IMG/VR virus record: IMGVR_UViG_3300047548_000593
Reading direction: 5' to 3' (one strand)
DNA: 64,000 nucleotides
Origin: an uncultured virus (IMG/VR IMGVR_UViG_3300047548_000593)
Lineage: Duplodnaviria; Heunggongvirae; Uroviricota; Caudoviricetes
Positions within the stretch are counted from its first letter, which is position 1. Every line of letters starts with the position of its first letter. Of the stretch, positions 37,385 through 46,875 are shown piece after piece. Below the pieces are notes generated by a model. That model was given only the letters and a program-made list of their open reading frames with translations, made no database searches and was not told the DNA's origin. Both the position numbers and the translations under genes were made by a program.

Positions 37385-37786
37385 TCACCACCAGCTTGTG
37401 TAATAGACGACACGACCAAAGTGCATTTCAGTCTTGGCTACAGCAACGAACATAGAGATGGTTTCGAGGTCTTCAGGGTATACCTCCTGCTCCCCAAAGA
37501 AAAAGCCCTCCAGAGGCCGCAAAAGACCCTTCTCGGCTTGCTCCATGAGTGCATCAAGGTCTTGCTCACTCAGCACTACCGCATTGCAATTGAAATTTTC
37601 ATCTTTCCCGCCTTTGGCATAGTACAGATCCTTCATCCAGCGATGCAGGGCATTGAACTTGCGCCAGTAGAAAATCTGCTTTGCTTCAACTCCATCGACC
37701 GTTTTAAAATCGGTGTCAGAGTACTCTTCGATATTCGAAGGATTGACAGAAAAAGCGTACATATCGAGTCCAATTTTGGGTTCCAC
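37385..37786 (-). CDS. conserved phage protein (GLDMY...YWRK...GFFFG...SWW family)
   Basis: Recognisable motif string; function unknown. Confidence 0.7.
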   Translation of the reverse strand: MEPKIGLDMYAFSVNPSNIEEYSDTDFKTVDGVEAKQIFYWRKFNALHRWMKDLYYAKGGKDENFNCNAVVLSEQDLDALMEQAEKGLLRPLEGFFFGEQEVYPEDLETISMFVAVAKTEMHFGRVVYYTSWW

Positions 37787-37791
37787 CTTTC

Positions 37792-38289
37792 TTATTGATG
37801 ATTAGAATGAAAACCGTGCTTTTTGTTTGCACTGTTTTTAGCTTCAATTGCCTCTTCGATGGTATTGAAACAACCAATGTGATGATTTTTACCTTTTACC
37901 CTAATTTGTGCTCTCCATTTTCCACTCGGCAATTGATAAATACCTACTGCACCCGATTTGTTTGATTTACGTTTTGCTAAATTTTGGTTGTTTTCTTTAC
38001 GAGAGACTTTTCGCAAATTTGAAAATTTATTGTTTAGTTTATTATGATCGATGTGATCAATTACGAACGAACCTAAAAGCTCATTAGTGTATAGTTCATA
38101 TGCAACCCTGTGCAATAGGAGCGCCCTTTGTCTTCCGTTTATCAATACGGAGACTCTGTAGTATCCGCACTCACTGACGGAAGTTAAAAGTTTTCTTTGA
38201 CGCGACATGCCCCAATTTAAACCATAAACTTCGCCTGTTTCTGGATTATATTCAAACTTTTCCCTTAGTTGTACCAAAGAATAAGACAT
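37792..38289 (-). CDS. HNH homing endonuclease with AP2 domain
   Basis: LHRVAY...IDHIDHNKLNNKFSNLR...N; C-terminal GKWRAQIRV...HIGCFNTIEEA. Confidence 0.9.
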   Translation of the reverse strand: MSYSLVQLREKFEYNPETGEVYGLNWGMSRQRKLLTSVSECGYYRVSVLINGRQRALLLHRVAYELYTNELLGSFVIDHIDHNKLNNKFSNLRKVSRKENNQNLAKRKSNKSGAVGIYQLPSGKWRAQIRVKGKNHHIGCFNTIEEAIEAKNSANKKHGFHSNHQ

Positions 38290-38299
38290 GATTTTCCTT

Positions 38300-38584
38300 T
38301 CAAATTTTTTGGTAAGATTCCCACCACTGATTCATGAAGTGATTGTCCGAATAATCAACTACGGTTTCATCATCTTCAAGGCCGTAAGCACTGCACACTG
38401 CAAGAGCTACAATCTCTTTGTCAGCGTCACGAATCGTGATATTGGCTTCCTCCACCGATTCGATGGCTTCGTTGATCTCTTTGTAAGACTTGCTTCGCTT
38501 GATCTGCCACTCTTCACCATCCCAGACGCTGATGGTCATACCTTGTGCGAGACAATACTTTACCAGATGTTTGTAGGCTTTCAT
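38300..38584 (-). CDS. hypothetical protein
   Basis: Start MKAYKHL with RBS AGGAG. Confidence 0.7.
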   Translation of the reverse strand: MKAYKHLVKYCLAQGMTISVWDGEEWQIKRSKSYKEINEAIESVEEANITIRDADKEIVALAVCSAYGLEDDETVVDYSDNHFMNQWWESYQKI

Positions 38585-38700
38585 ATCGTGTGCTCCTGTT
38601 TGGTTACGATGGTTTGATTGTAGCATAGAATCTTGTCTCACAAGGTTCGACAAGCAGAGAATTTGAACTTGTGTAAATACCTGACTGATCTTTGTGGGTA

Positions 38701-39057
38701 TTAGGCGTAGATGCGTGCCTTCTGGTTTTCGCAGATCAGGTGAGCAGTCCCAGCAGACTTGATCGGGGTCTTGGCGAAGGCAGTCACGAATGTATTGTAC
38801 ACATAGGGATTGTAAGTGATCAATTCACCGACAATCGGCCGGTTGTCAACTGAAACCAATTCACCGACAACGAAAGCATGCACGTTCTTGCGCTTTTCAC
38901 GAATGACACGCTGACGACCAGCTTCAGACACCTTGAATTTCACATCCTTGAGGGTGACTCGATCAGCGTGCATAATCACACGACCCTTGTCAGCGCCCTG
39001 CATAGCGCGAACGCTAAAGGTCTTCTTGTGCACATTGAAGTAAACGGCGACTTTCAT
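38701..39057 (-). CDS. conserved phage protein
   Basis: VYFNVHKKTFSVR...VSEAGRQRVIREKRKNVHAFV...YNPY motif. Confidence 0.75.
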   Translation of the reverse strand: MKVAVYFNVHKKTFSVRAMQGADKGRVIMHADRVTLKDVKFKVSEAGRQRVIREKRKNVHAFVVGELVSVDNRPIVGELITYNPYVYNTFVTAFAKTPIKSAGTAHLICENQKARIYA

Positions 39058-39080
39058 GCTAGGCTCCAGTTGGTTGAAAA

Positions 39081-39169
39081 GGTAGACACCGAAAGGAATT
39101 TAACCTTTACTGATGGGTAGGCGTCTTAACCTGTGTGCCCACTGCTCTTTGCATTAAGCTACGATGTCT
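39081..39169 (-). ncRNA. tRNA-like RNA with enlarged 20-nt anticodon loop
   Basis: AGACATCG-TA-GCTT-AATGCAAA-GAGC-A-GTGGG-[20 nt]-CCCAT-CAGT-AAAGG-TTAAATT-CCTTT-CGGTGTCT-ACC. Confidence 0.7.
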
Positions 39170-39176
39170 GAAGCGA

Positions 39177-39210
39177 AGTATAGCACGGTTTTTAGCTTTG
39201 TACAATACCC
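39177..39210 (-). promoter_or_regulatory. early promoter GGGTA-TTGTAC-17-TATACT
   Basis: Directly upstream of the tRNA-like element; member of a repeated promoter family. Confidence 0.75.
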
Positions 39211-39225
39211 TAGCAATCTGTGTGG

Positions 39226-39831
39226 TTATTCAAGATTGTTCCACTGTTCTGCCATAGCGTCAGCGATGCCTTGATAAGTCTCGCTTCTCAGTTTCCAGCG
39301 CTCAGGGGAAGGCCCGAGGCGATTCTGGCCGCTGTCGGTCTGGTTCGACCACCTACGCTTACCATTGACAATTCGAGGCTCTATGAGGCTTGTAGGGGTC
39401 AGCAAAGGCAAGTTCTTTAGCCACAGGCAGGTCTTCTTGCTAGCATCGTGCCCAAATTGCCAAGGCTGGATAATCTGGTCGGGCTTTCGAATGCGGGTGC
39501 TGATCACGCTGACGGGGTTCTCGATGCAAATGTACTTGACAGGTGCCTTGAAAAACTGCCAAGCAAACTCTAGTGCATCTTCTGTCAACTGCGGGTCACG
39601 GTATCCTCGCTTTGTCCAGTGCATACCAGACACCGCCAAATACGTGCATGGAGGGTGAGCAATCAGCATATCCCAAGAGGAAGAATGCAGTGCTTCAATA
39701 GCATCCCCCTTGATATGAAAATCAGAGCTGTCCATAGAATCGAGAATATCGCAACTCCAAGCATCATGCCCTTTGGCACGAAAGGCATTGCGAACCTTGC
39801 CAGATGTTTCACACGCGATCAAAATCTTCAT
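39226..39831 (-). CDS. DNA cytosine-5 methyltransferase-like protein (short phage type)
   Basis: LIACETSG, AHPPC, IENP and KKTCLWLK motifs. Confidence 0.8.
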   Translation of the reverse strand: MKILIACETSGKVRNAFRAKGHDAWSCDILDSMDSSDFHIKGDAIEALHSSSWDMLIAHPPCTYLAVSGMHWTKRGYRDPQLTEDALEFAWQFFKAPVKYICIENPVSVISTRIRKPDQIIQPWQFGHDASKKTCLWLKNLPLLTPTSLIEPRIVNGKRRWSNQTDSGQNRLGPSPERWKLRSETYQGIADAMAEQWNNLE

Positions 39832-39943
39832 GATTACCCTTCGCTTCTTTCTTTCGGTTGCGATGTTTCTTGACTGCTTTTTTCATGACCAATGGCACAA
39901 GGTAATTCCTATGCTTTGGTTCTTTTTTCTTTTTTCGTGGCAT
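39809..39943 (-). CDS. 44-aa highly basic peptide
   Basis: MPRKKKKEPKHRNYLVPLVMKKAVKKHRNRKKE... Confidence 0.5.
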   Translation of the reverse strand: MPRKKKKEPKHRNYLVPLVMKKAVKKHRNRKKEAKGNHEDFDRV

Positions 39944-39948
39944 GATAT

Positions 39949-40146
39949 TCAATGAATGGGATGTTCTTCGATAGCATAAGCAACGGTCTTGCCATACTTG
40001 TGACAGTCAGAAATTGCCTCAAGAAGGTCTTCCTTATTGTAGAAGTAGACGTACCTTGGGACATTGTAGATACTGACACGAAGGGTATATTCGGTCAAAT
40101 GCCAGTGATCTCTCTTTTCGATTTTATCTTTCTTTTCGTCCTTCAT
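39949..40146 (-). CDS. hypothetical protein
   Basis: ATGA overlap with the upstream gene. Confidence 0.6.
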   Translation of the reverse strand: MKDEKKDKIEKRDHWHLTEYTLRVSIYNVPRYVYFYNKEDLLEAISDCHKYGKTVAYAIEEHPIH

Positions 40147-40427
40147 TGTGCTTTTGCTCCATAGCGATTATAGCTCCGAATTGGGCTACGTTTATCTGTA
40201 TGCTTGAAATCATACTCAGGATCTTTGCCCATTACTTTACGATACTCAGTGATGAACAGGCTTGCGTCACAATCCTCTTCCAAGTATACAGTCTGACCTT
40301 TGGTGTAGCTGTACAGGCTGATGCGATCTTGAATGCCTAGGGTCTTGATCTCGTCAGCTTTAACAGCCAGCCAGCCATGACCCGGATCAGTGTAGAATTT
40401 GAACTTGGTTTGAAGATTGACTTGCAT
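40143..40427 (-). CDS. conserved phage protein (DPGHGWL...YLEEDCD motif)
   Basis: Motif; RBS AAGGA; own promoter. Confidence 0.75.
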   Translation of the reverse strand: MQVNLQTKFKFYTDPGHGWLAVKADEIKTLGIQDRISLYSYTKGQTVYLEEDCDASLFITEYRKVMGKDPEYDFKHTDKRSPIRSYNRYGAKAQ

Positions 40428-40506
40428 GATGATTTCCTTTGAAGAAGGCTCAAGTATAACAGAAGAAAAAAGCCCGAAGGGAATAACCCTTCAGGCTTAT
40501 CGGCTA

Positions 40507-40773
40507 TTATCGGACAGCCACCGCTTCGATACCAGCAGAACGCACTGCCAGAATGCTGTCGCGCATGATGCTACGGTAGCCGCAATTCTTGACATCATAG
40601 ATCGTGATGACACCAGCCGATTGCTTGACCTTCTTGCTGTTCTTGAGGTACTTGGTAACACCAAGGCGACCATTCAGAACTCGGGTGCTACCATCCTTCT
40701 TGACAAAGGTGACAGACACCATCTTGCCAGCGGATTGATCAACGATAGATGCGAGAGTGTTGGAGTATTGCAT
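40507..40773 (-). CDS. SH3/Sm-like (WYL-2-type) protein
   Basis: VTFVKKDGSTRVL...IYDVKNCGYRSI. Confidence 0.7.
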   Translation of the reverse strand: MQYSNTLASIVDQSAGKMVSVTFVKKDGSTRVLNGRLGVTKYLKNSKKVKQSAGVITIYDVKNCGYRSIMRDSILAVRSAGIEAVAVR

Positions 40774-40816
40774 GGAAATTTCCTTTCGGTTTAGTTGAAG
40801 AAGACTCGATTATACA

Positions 40817-41245
40817 TCAGATTTTCTCGAAGATTGCAACAACCCTCTTGCCAGCAGGGTTATCGAACGTATCGATGATTTTGCCATTGACAACAGCCAG
40901 TGCATGACCGGTCACATTGACAATGAACTCACCGACACTGAGGCGATCGAGAACGCGCTCAAGGGTGATGCCTTCCTGTGCTTTCATCTTGGTCAGACGC
41001 GAAGCATAGCGGGCAGAGCCAGTGGTGCCATGAATGCTACGAACAACAAAGCCAGCTTCTTTGTAGGCTTCCATCATGGTGTGAAAGTAAGCGCCACGGC
41101 GATCCTTACGGCCATGCTTCTTGAGCAGAGCGTGTGCTTGCTGGTAAGGCATGTCAGCCGCATTAGCCAAAGCCCGCACAGTGCAATCACGATGCTCCAT
41201 CTCGGCAGTTGCAACACCGTAGTCAGTAGAGGGGATGCGCTTCAT
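40817..41245 (-). CDS. putative papain-fold Cys/His/Asp protein
   Basis: DCTVRALA...GHALAVVNGKIIDTFD. Confidence 0.65.
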   Translation of the reverse strand: MKRIPSTDYGVATAEMEHRDCTVRALANAADMPYQQAHALLKKHGRKDRRGAYFHTMMEAYKEAGFVVRSIHGTTGSARYASRLTKMKAQEGITLERVLDRLSVGEFIVNVTGHALAVVNGKIIDTFDNPAGKRVVAIFEKI

Positions 41246-41320
41246 GGAAATTCTCCTTAGAGAGTGTCGTTGAACATGGCGCTATTGTAGCACGGTTTTT
41301 TGGCTTTTACGAATACCCGA

Positions 41321-41896
41321 CTATTTTGTAGGGCTAATTTCGTGCCTGACCGAATAGCCAAGGTGCTTCAGAATAGCATTGTACACATCATCTGGGTTGT
41401 AATGCGTACTCTCGTAGCAATTCGCTTCAGGGATTAGCTCTATTTTAGTAGAGTCTGGCATGACAACGATAGCTCCATCTGCCCAATTTAAACCGCAAGT
41501 ATCACAATCGTGACTATCTGATAGCCATGTGATTTCGATTTCCTTAAGAGGAGTGTCTAAATTGTTCACTTTGTCTTCAAAAACTTCTAGAAACTCAGCT
41601 TTAGTGAGAATTTGAAGATTAGGTAGTTGTTTTTTTGCAGAGTCAATTACACCCCAACCGTAAGCAGTACTACCATAGGAATCTTGATGGACTTCGTAAG
41701 TACTTCCAGAGTATCCATAAAAAGTCCAAATTAACCCATTGCGCTCTACTTTTTCAATTCCACTATTTAGCCGCCATTGGTCACCGTGCAAATAGCCGCC
41801 ACTCCATACACCAAATACCTTGTACAGATCATCTGCTACTTTCACAACCAGCCATTGATCAGGCTTGTATGCGTTTTTAGTTTCTTGCTTTGTCAT
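41321..41896 (-). CDS. conserved phage protein, apparent two-domain fusion
   Basis: YKPDQW..YKVFGVWSGGYL.GD.WRLNSGI N-domain plus HDCDTCG C-domain. Confidence 0.7.
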   Translation of the reverse strand: MTKQETKNAYKPDQWLVVKVADDLYKVFGVWSGGYLHGDQWRLNSGIEKVERNGLIWTFYGYSGSTYEVHQDSYGSTAYGWGVIDSAKKQLPNLQILTKAEFLEVFEDKVNNLDTPLKEIEITWLSDSHDCDTCGLNWADGAIVVMPDSTKIELIPEANCYESTHYNPDDVYNAILKHLGYSVRHEISPTK

Positions 41897-42126
41897 CGAT
41901 TTATCTCCTTTTTGAGCGTTTTAATATATACGGCAATGCTGGACAAGGTATCCCGTCCAAAAGCTCGCCAAAACTTGGTTTCAAGCTGTGTACGAGCCAG
42001 CTCTAGGGCACTGTTCCAGCCTAGATCGTAGTAGAGTTCCTTTTCAGCTTCTAGCTTCTTGATTTCTTCAATGAGCCAAGGAGCCGCTTCTGAATCTGGC
42101 CTGATTCGTTCTGATAGCTTCTTCAT
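41893..42126 (-). CDS. hypothetical protein
   Basis: Tight operon packing. Confidence 0.6.
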   Translation of the reverse strand: MKKLSERIRPDSEAAPWLIEEIKKLEAEKELYYDLGWNSALELARTQLETKFWRAFGRDTLSSIAVYIKTLKKEINR

Positions 42127-42127
42127 G

Positions 42128-42313
42128 TTATTTTAGGATTGCCGCAATGATCCATGAAACTGTCGAAATAGCTAGAACAGGTATCAAGGCTAAAAGATTA
42201 CCTATACCAGAAAACCACCCACCGCCATCGTCTAGGGTCAAAGCCCAGATAATTCCAAGGACGGTGATTAACGTAGGAAATACCCACCAGTAAATTGTCA
42301 GCGTCATTTGCAT
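42128..42313 (-). CDS. small two-TM membrane protein
   Basis: Two hydrophobic segments. Confidence 0.6.
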   Translation of the reverse strand: MQMTLTIYWWVFPTLITVLGIIWALTLDDGGGWFSGIGNLLALIPVLAISTVSWIIAAILK

Positions 42314-42463
42314 GTTTCCTTTATGTCAAACCATTCCCAATTCAAAAGCAATTTGTGCATTTTTCGAGTAAACCATTTCGGTTTATGCTGTAGGTGAATA
42401 TAAAAATTTGGTGTAATTTTATAACCACCTACGTATTTAGGCAAAAGGATTTCAGTTGTATTT

Positions 42464-42787
42464 TTAATCATTGCTAATAATCCCATGATACTTCTGGACA
42501 ATATCTACAATGTCTTCTGTTGTGCTGTCATACGCTACAGATTCTAGACCGTGCATTTTCATAAGCCCGATCATTGTGTTGTAGGTCATCGGCTTTTGGC
42601 GAACGATCAAAGAGCTTTTGACTTCCTTGTCGCCAAGGAGATTTTGCAGGCTTTGAATAGCCGCTTCGTGCTGAGACTCAGATACTGCGCCGAAACCATC
42701 TGACCAAAGCTCTTGCAGTGTCTCCAGAGCATAGGCAATCGCTTCTTTCTGACTATCGTTCAAACTGTCGTTCAGACTATCGTTCAT
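42464..42787 (-). CDS. hypothetical protein
   Basis: RBS GAGGT; promoter near 42822. Confidence 0.65.
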   Translation of the reverse strand: MNDSLNDSLNDSQKEAIAYALETLQELWSDGFGAVSESQHEAAIQSLQNLLGDKEVKSSLIVRQKPMTYNTMIGLMKMHGLESVAYDSTTEDIVDIVQKYHGIISND

Positions 42788-42844
42788 CTTTTCACCTCAT
42801 TGGTTAGTTACTGTGTGCTTGATTATAGCACGTTTTTCGAAAAG

Positions 42845-43036
42845 TCACCATGTCGAAACATCTGTGATGTCAACAGATGTATCTTCAGGATCGAACAAAG
42901 AGAATGATACCACAATCCCTGCGCCAATTCCAGAGCTTCTGTCGATTTTTATACAAAATGAATCTATCTCTTTAAAGTGCTGAGTGATCTCGTATAGTTT
43001 TTCTATCTGATTTCTATTCAGAACTAAGTTGTTCAT
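42845..43036 (-). CDS. hypothetical protein
   Basis: Start MNNLVL with RBS GGAGG; SSGIG...DITDVSTW. Confidence 0.65.
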   Translation of the reverse strand: MNNLVLNRNQIEKLYEITQHFKEIDSFCIKIDRSSGIGAGIVVSFSLFDPEDTSVDITDVSTW

Positions 43037-43236
43037 TCTACCCTCCAATCCAAAATTTGATAATGCCACGAGGTGAGTGTTTGATTCCAATACTCAATTC
43101 TCGCTTCTGCTTTTGCTTCTAATTCGTCAAATGCTGTCTGATACCATCCGGGGCAATTCTTGTTGCTGAAATAATCATCAAAGAAGATTCCAGTTTCTTT
43201 GTGAGTTTTTCGAAAATAAAGATGAGGTGTTTTCAT
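43033..43236 (-). CDS. hypothetical protein
   Basis: Operon packing. Confidence 0.55.
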   Translation of the reverse strand: MKTPHLYFRKTHKETGIFFDDYFSNKNCPGWYQTAFDELEAKAEARIEYWNQTLTSWHYQILDWRVE

Positions 43237-43239
43237 TCT

Positions 43240-43473
43240 TCAACTCCGCAAGTACTCCGCAAGTTCGCCCATACCAAATTCCAATTTTACCCAGCGTCTG
43301 TCTAGTTCATCGCTCCATGCCCGATTGCCTGAGTAGTATGCACGTTTAGCAACTTCGTCCAAAACCTTTGCTACAATCAACTCGGCGAACTTTTCATATT
43401 TTAACCAAGTCATTGGATCAAAGTTATATTCTAACCCAGCCTGTTCAGCAAGTTCTCGAATTCGTTCGTTCAT
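43240..43473 (-). CDS. hypothetical protein (MNERIRELAEQAG...EKFAELIV type)
   Basis: Motif recurrent in small phage proteins. Confidence 0.65.
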   Translation of the reverse strand: MNERIRELAEQAGLEYNFDPMTWLKYEKFAELIVAKVLDEVAKRAYYSGNRAWSDELDRRWVKLEFGMGELAEYLRS

Positions 43474-43634
43474 TCTTTAATTCCCTGAACCATTTCGTCC
43501 AATTCTTTTGCCAAGTCATTCATACGATGCCAACCTTGTAACTGTGATCCAATATAGCGATTATCATAATAATCACTATTCTGACGTTCACGCTCGTCCA
43601 AATACTCTTCCAATACTTCAGTGAATTTTCTCAT
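43470..43634 (-). CDS. hypothetical protein (54 aa)
   Basis: MRKFTEVLEEYLDER...; RBS AAGGAG. Confidence 0.55.
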   Translation of the reverse strand: MRKFTEVLEEYLDERERQNSDYYDNRYIGSQLQGWHRMNDLAKELDEMVQGIKE

Positions 43635-43645
43635 TCTTCAACTCC

Positions 43646-43906
43646 TTAAACAGCTTCAAACTGAAAATGTGAACGAATTTGCCACACCTCAACAACAGGC
43701 TGACCGTACTTATCTTCATCGAGAACCATATGGCAACGTGTCTTCTTGATCTTGGCAAAGCGAGTATCATATCCAACATCAACTTCGTATTCGAAACCTT
43801 TAGACAAAGCCCAAGGATCGTTGGTCTTCCGGTAGTAGAAGCGATGCCCGTAGTCCTTTTCGATAAAGCTACCGAGAGCTGGTTTGAATTGTTTGATCGG
43901 GTTCAT
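43646..43906 (-). CDS. hypothetical protein
   Basis: RBS AAGGAG; own promoter. Confidence 0.7.
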   Translation of the reverse strand: MNPIKQFKPALGSFIEKDYGHRFYYRKTNDPWALSKGFEYEVDVGYDTRFAKIKKTRCHMVLDEDKYGQPVVEVWQIRSHFQFEAV

Positions 43907-43986
43907 GAAAGCTCCTTTGAACTTGTTGATGAAGCAATTGTAGCATGAAAAAAGCCCTCGGGCGAATACCCGAGAGCTATGAAGGG

Positions 43987-44298
43987 TTATACAATATTCT
44001 TTGACCAGAATACCTTTGTCTTGTCTCCTGCACCTACTACGCAGGCCATGTTGCCAGCTACTGTAATAACAAGTGTAAGTCCTTTGTCATTTGTGAATAC
44101 AGCAGTTGCAGTTTCTTCCATAGTAGTAACCAGAACTGGTGAAAACTTGTCTTGCTTTAGAAGCTCATAGACAAAATCTTTGTTCCAGCACTTGACTTCC
44201 ACTTGGATCGTCTTCGATTGTTCTTTTTGCGTTTGAGCTTGTACCGAAGCAATGCAAGCAGAGACAGAAAGAATGACCAGCGTAATAAGTTTTTTCAT
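43987..44298 (-). CDS. putative exported protein
   Basis: Signal peptide-like N-terminus. Confidence 0.65.
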   Translation of the reverse strand: MKKLITLVILSVSACIASVQAQTQKEQSKTIQVEVKCWNKDFVYELLKQDKFSPVLVTTMEETATAVFTNDKGLTLVITVAGNMACVVGAGDKTKVFWSKNIV

Positions 44299-44299
44299 G

Positions 44300-44644
44300 T
44301 TATTTTCCTAATGATTTTTGAAGGGAATCTTGAGCGTATTTTACAGCATCTAGATTTTCATCTGTGATTGTTCCATGAATGACTACACCAATGGCTTCTT
44401 TGAACATATTGGTTCGAATCATGACTTGAACGCTTGTATCAGGATCAAACATTTTTTCATCTGGTTTGAAGATCTGATAGCTTGTCGGAATGCAACAATA
44501 TCCATTGAAATTTGCATTCATAATTCCAGCTTTCAATGCACTGACTACACCAGTCTCAAGTATAAGCCGGTGCTCTTCTTCAGTCATATCGAATTCAATA
44601 ACAAACCCACCATTTGGTTCTTCTGTTAACTTTTTGATTTCCAT
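44300..44644 (-). CDS. hypothetical protein
   Basis: RBS AAGGAG. Confidence 0.65.
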   Translation of the reverse strand: MEIKKLTEEPNGGFVIEFDMTEEEHRLILETGVVSALKAGIMNANFNGYCCIPTSYQIFKPDEKMFDPDTSVQVMIRTNMFKEAIGVVIHGTITDENLDAVKYAQDSLQKSLGK

Positions 44645-44646
44645 GC

Positions 44647-45177
44647 CTACTCCTTGTCTGAATAAAAACGATGATTACCAATTTTCTTTACGATCATTTT
44701 TGTCTTTGTCCACTGGTTCTTGACTTTGTGTGTAGTGTACCAGAGAACACGACTACCAAGAGAAGGCTTAAAATCGCCCTCCAGCATCTTCTGAGAGAGT
44801 TGCTGTATCTCGGCATATACCGGGTCGTTTTGAACGCTCCTAGAGGCTTGCAGGTGCTTTGCTGAAGGTTTGTTCATCAAGGTGTAGCTGAACTGTTTGC
44901 TTTGCTTGATAACGCCACAATAGGTTGCAGGGTAGTCTGGATGGTTTTTTCTGTTGTCGATAACAGAAGCTACAGCAACCAGACCTTCACTGCCCTCCCC
45001 TCTTGCTTCATGCCACAGAGCTTCGATAATGCAATGCTGTTCTTCAAGCATAGCTCGTTTCTTAGCTTCCTGCTCCTTTGTGTAGTAGTCCTTCAAGGCA
45101 ATGTAGAAAGCTACATTCAAAGAAAGAGACAAAAACAAGACTACATAAGCTATGCGAGAAAACCACTGCATATTCAC
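44647..45177 (-). CDS. SleB-like cell wall hydrolase
   Basis: ALWHEARGE...VIDNR...YPATYCGVI.Q..QFSY...IGNHRFY; N-terminal TM segment. Confidence 0.9.
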   Translation of the reverse strand: MNMQWFSRIAYVVLFLSLSLNVAFYIALKDYYTKEQEAKKRAMLEEQHCIIEALWHEARGEGSEGLVAVASVIDNRKNHPDYPATYCGVIKQSKQFSYTLMNKPSAKHLQASRSVQNDPVYAEIQQLSQKMLEGDFKPSLGSRVLWYTTHKVKNQWTKTKMIVKKIGNHRFYSDKE

Positions 45178-45694
45178 TCCTTATTGAAAATTCTCTCCGC
45201 GCTTATTCTTGCGGTTTTCTGAATAGTCCTTCTTCTTCTTTTTCTTCTGAGGGATCTCGTCTTCGTACTCTCGCTTCAGTTTCTTAACCTTGTCTTTGGC
45301 ACTCTTGATAAACGAACTCTGAAACATATTAAACTCCTTGCTCTTCATCAATAGAAATCTTCATGCCTACAGCTTCTTCGAAAGAAAGTTGCTGTGCAAT
45401 CAATTCTACATTTTCATTGAAATAGTCAACCTTGATGAGGTCATATAGACTCTGTACGCATGTGTTACGTACAATCAGCGTTTCGAACTCTGGTTGAAAT
45501 TTTTGCATGTTTACTCCTGTTGATTAGAAAGAAATTTATTGTAGCACAGAATTACCCCTTGCGGGAAGAATTGAAGCGAACTAGATCACGTTCTGCATCG
45601 ACCTTCAAGGCATAGGTCTTGACATCAGTGTAGTTCTGATTGTCGAAGATCTTCCAGAAACCGTTGTTCCACTTGACACAATAGCGTTGCATGA

Positions 45695-45928
45695 TTACTC
45701 CTGAGGTTGTTGAGGTTGTTGAGCCTGCTGTTGCTGGGCCTGTGCGTTGCGCTGGATGTGCGCTACAAGTTCCATATCATACAGTACTTCTACCGTATGT
45801 TGCACGTTTGTTACAATTGCATACAAATCAGAGATCGGGATCTCCTGCAATGCTCGATTGATGATGATCTGGATTTGCTGGTTTACTTCTGCTGTGCGTT
45901 GCTGTACGTTAGCTTGTTCTTGTTGCAT
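45695..45928 (-). CDS. Gln-rich hypothetical protein
   Basis: RBS AAGGAG. Confidence 0.6.
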   Translation of the reverse strand: MQQEQANVQQRTAEVNQQIQIIINRALQEIPISDLYAIVTNVQHTVEVLYDMELVAHIQRNAQAQQQQAQQPQQPQE

Positions 45929-45937
45929 GATTACTCC

Positions 45938-46423
45938 TTAGTCCCAAAGGTTTTGAAAATACTTACCGAAGAGTCGGCATCCGTTTTGAAGTCTAGCATT
46001 ATACTCTTCTAGACCCTTCCTGTCAATAGTGCAGATATCTGAAAAGTTGGTTGGCCCTTCATCCAAATCCTCTATGTCTTTGTGAAAAGTGAAAAACTTG
46101 TTCTCTTCTTCTCTGTGTGTAACGATCTGATACATAGCCCAGATCATTTCCTGCATAATCCAATCCCACCGTGCAAAATGCAATGAGTCGAGATCCCATT
46201 CATTTTCTTTTGGTTCTGCATTTACAGACCGTAGGTGCTCAGGTACGTCATCATCATCTGTGAATGGAGCACCCCGTTTTACTTCATGAAGTTGCACAAG
46301 CAAAGGATGAGCGATCAAAGCGATAGTGTGATCTGCATTCCAAGTGTCCCATTTATCAACTCTGATTGAGATTTTACGACCTTTTTCAGGATCTTTCGGA
46401 TATCGCCCAATATGTGCTTTCAT
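45938..46423 (-). CDS. conserved phage protein
   Basis: DTWNADHTIA...WDWIMQEMIWA...LFGKYFQNLWD. Confidence 0.75.
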   Translation of the reverse strand: MKAHIGRYPKDPEKGRKISIRVDKWDTWNADHTIALIAHPLLVQLHEVKRGAPFTDDDDVPEHLRSVNAEPKENEWDLDSLHFARWDWIMQEMIWAMYQIVTHREEENKFFTFHKDIEDLDEGPTNFSDICTIDRKGLEEYNARLQNGCRLFGKYFQNLWD

Positions 46424-46875
46424 TATTTCTTCCTTGCAATCGGTTTTGAACCGTCAAGTAGAGAGTAGTTTTCGTACTGCACCTCTACTTGTCCTTTTCG
46501 ATTAAGGGCTTCTACTGTAATCAAGACAGTCAGTGACCTTAGCATATCACCTAGATCATCTGGTGTGAGAACCATAGAACCTTCCCCCATTGCAAGTAAG
46601 AAGCATAGCAGAGAAAGATTGCTCAGATCCTTTTCCTGTTGATCTGTAGGGACATCAAAGCTCTTGAAGTTGTCTGTCATTACGCTCTCAACAGCGTTGG
46701 ACATTTCGTAAACCTCTACATCATCGAGAGACATAAAATATTCACCAGCAGGCAAGTACTGATTCATCTTTAGATCGTGAGCCGCTTTAAGAATAAAGCT
46801 AGGCATATCTCGATCATTGATGACCTTATTGAGATCGACAGTAAATTCATTTGATGGGTTGATTTCAAAATTCAA
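46423..46875 (-). CDS. hypothetical protein
   Basis: TTG start after GGAGG. Confidence 0.7.
   Translation of the reverse strand: MNFEINPSNEFTVDLNKVINDRDMPSFILKAAHDLKMNQYLPAGEYFMSLDDVEVYEMSNAVESVMTDNFKSFDVPTDQQEKDLSNLSLLCFLLAMGEGSMVLTPDDLGDMLRSLTVLITVEALNRKGQVEVQYENYSLLDGSKPIARKK

Noticed and set aside
39090..39125. Hammerhead ribozyme on the plus strand (GAAA, CTGATGG)
   Set aside because: The core is CUGAUGG rather than CUGANGA; the minus-strand cloverleaf explains the stems better.
39809..39943. A-AAA-AAG slippery heptamer suggesting a -1 frameshift
   Set aside because: Recounting shows the 44-aa ORF is continuous in frame 0, so no shift is needed.
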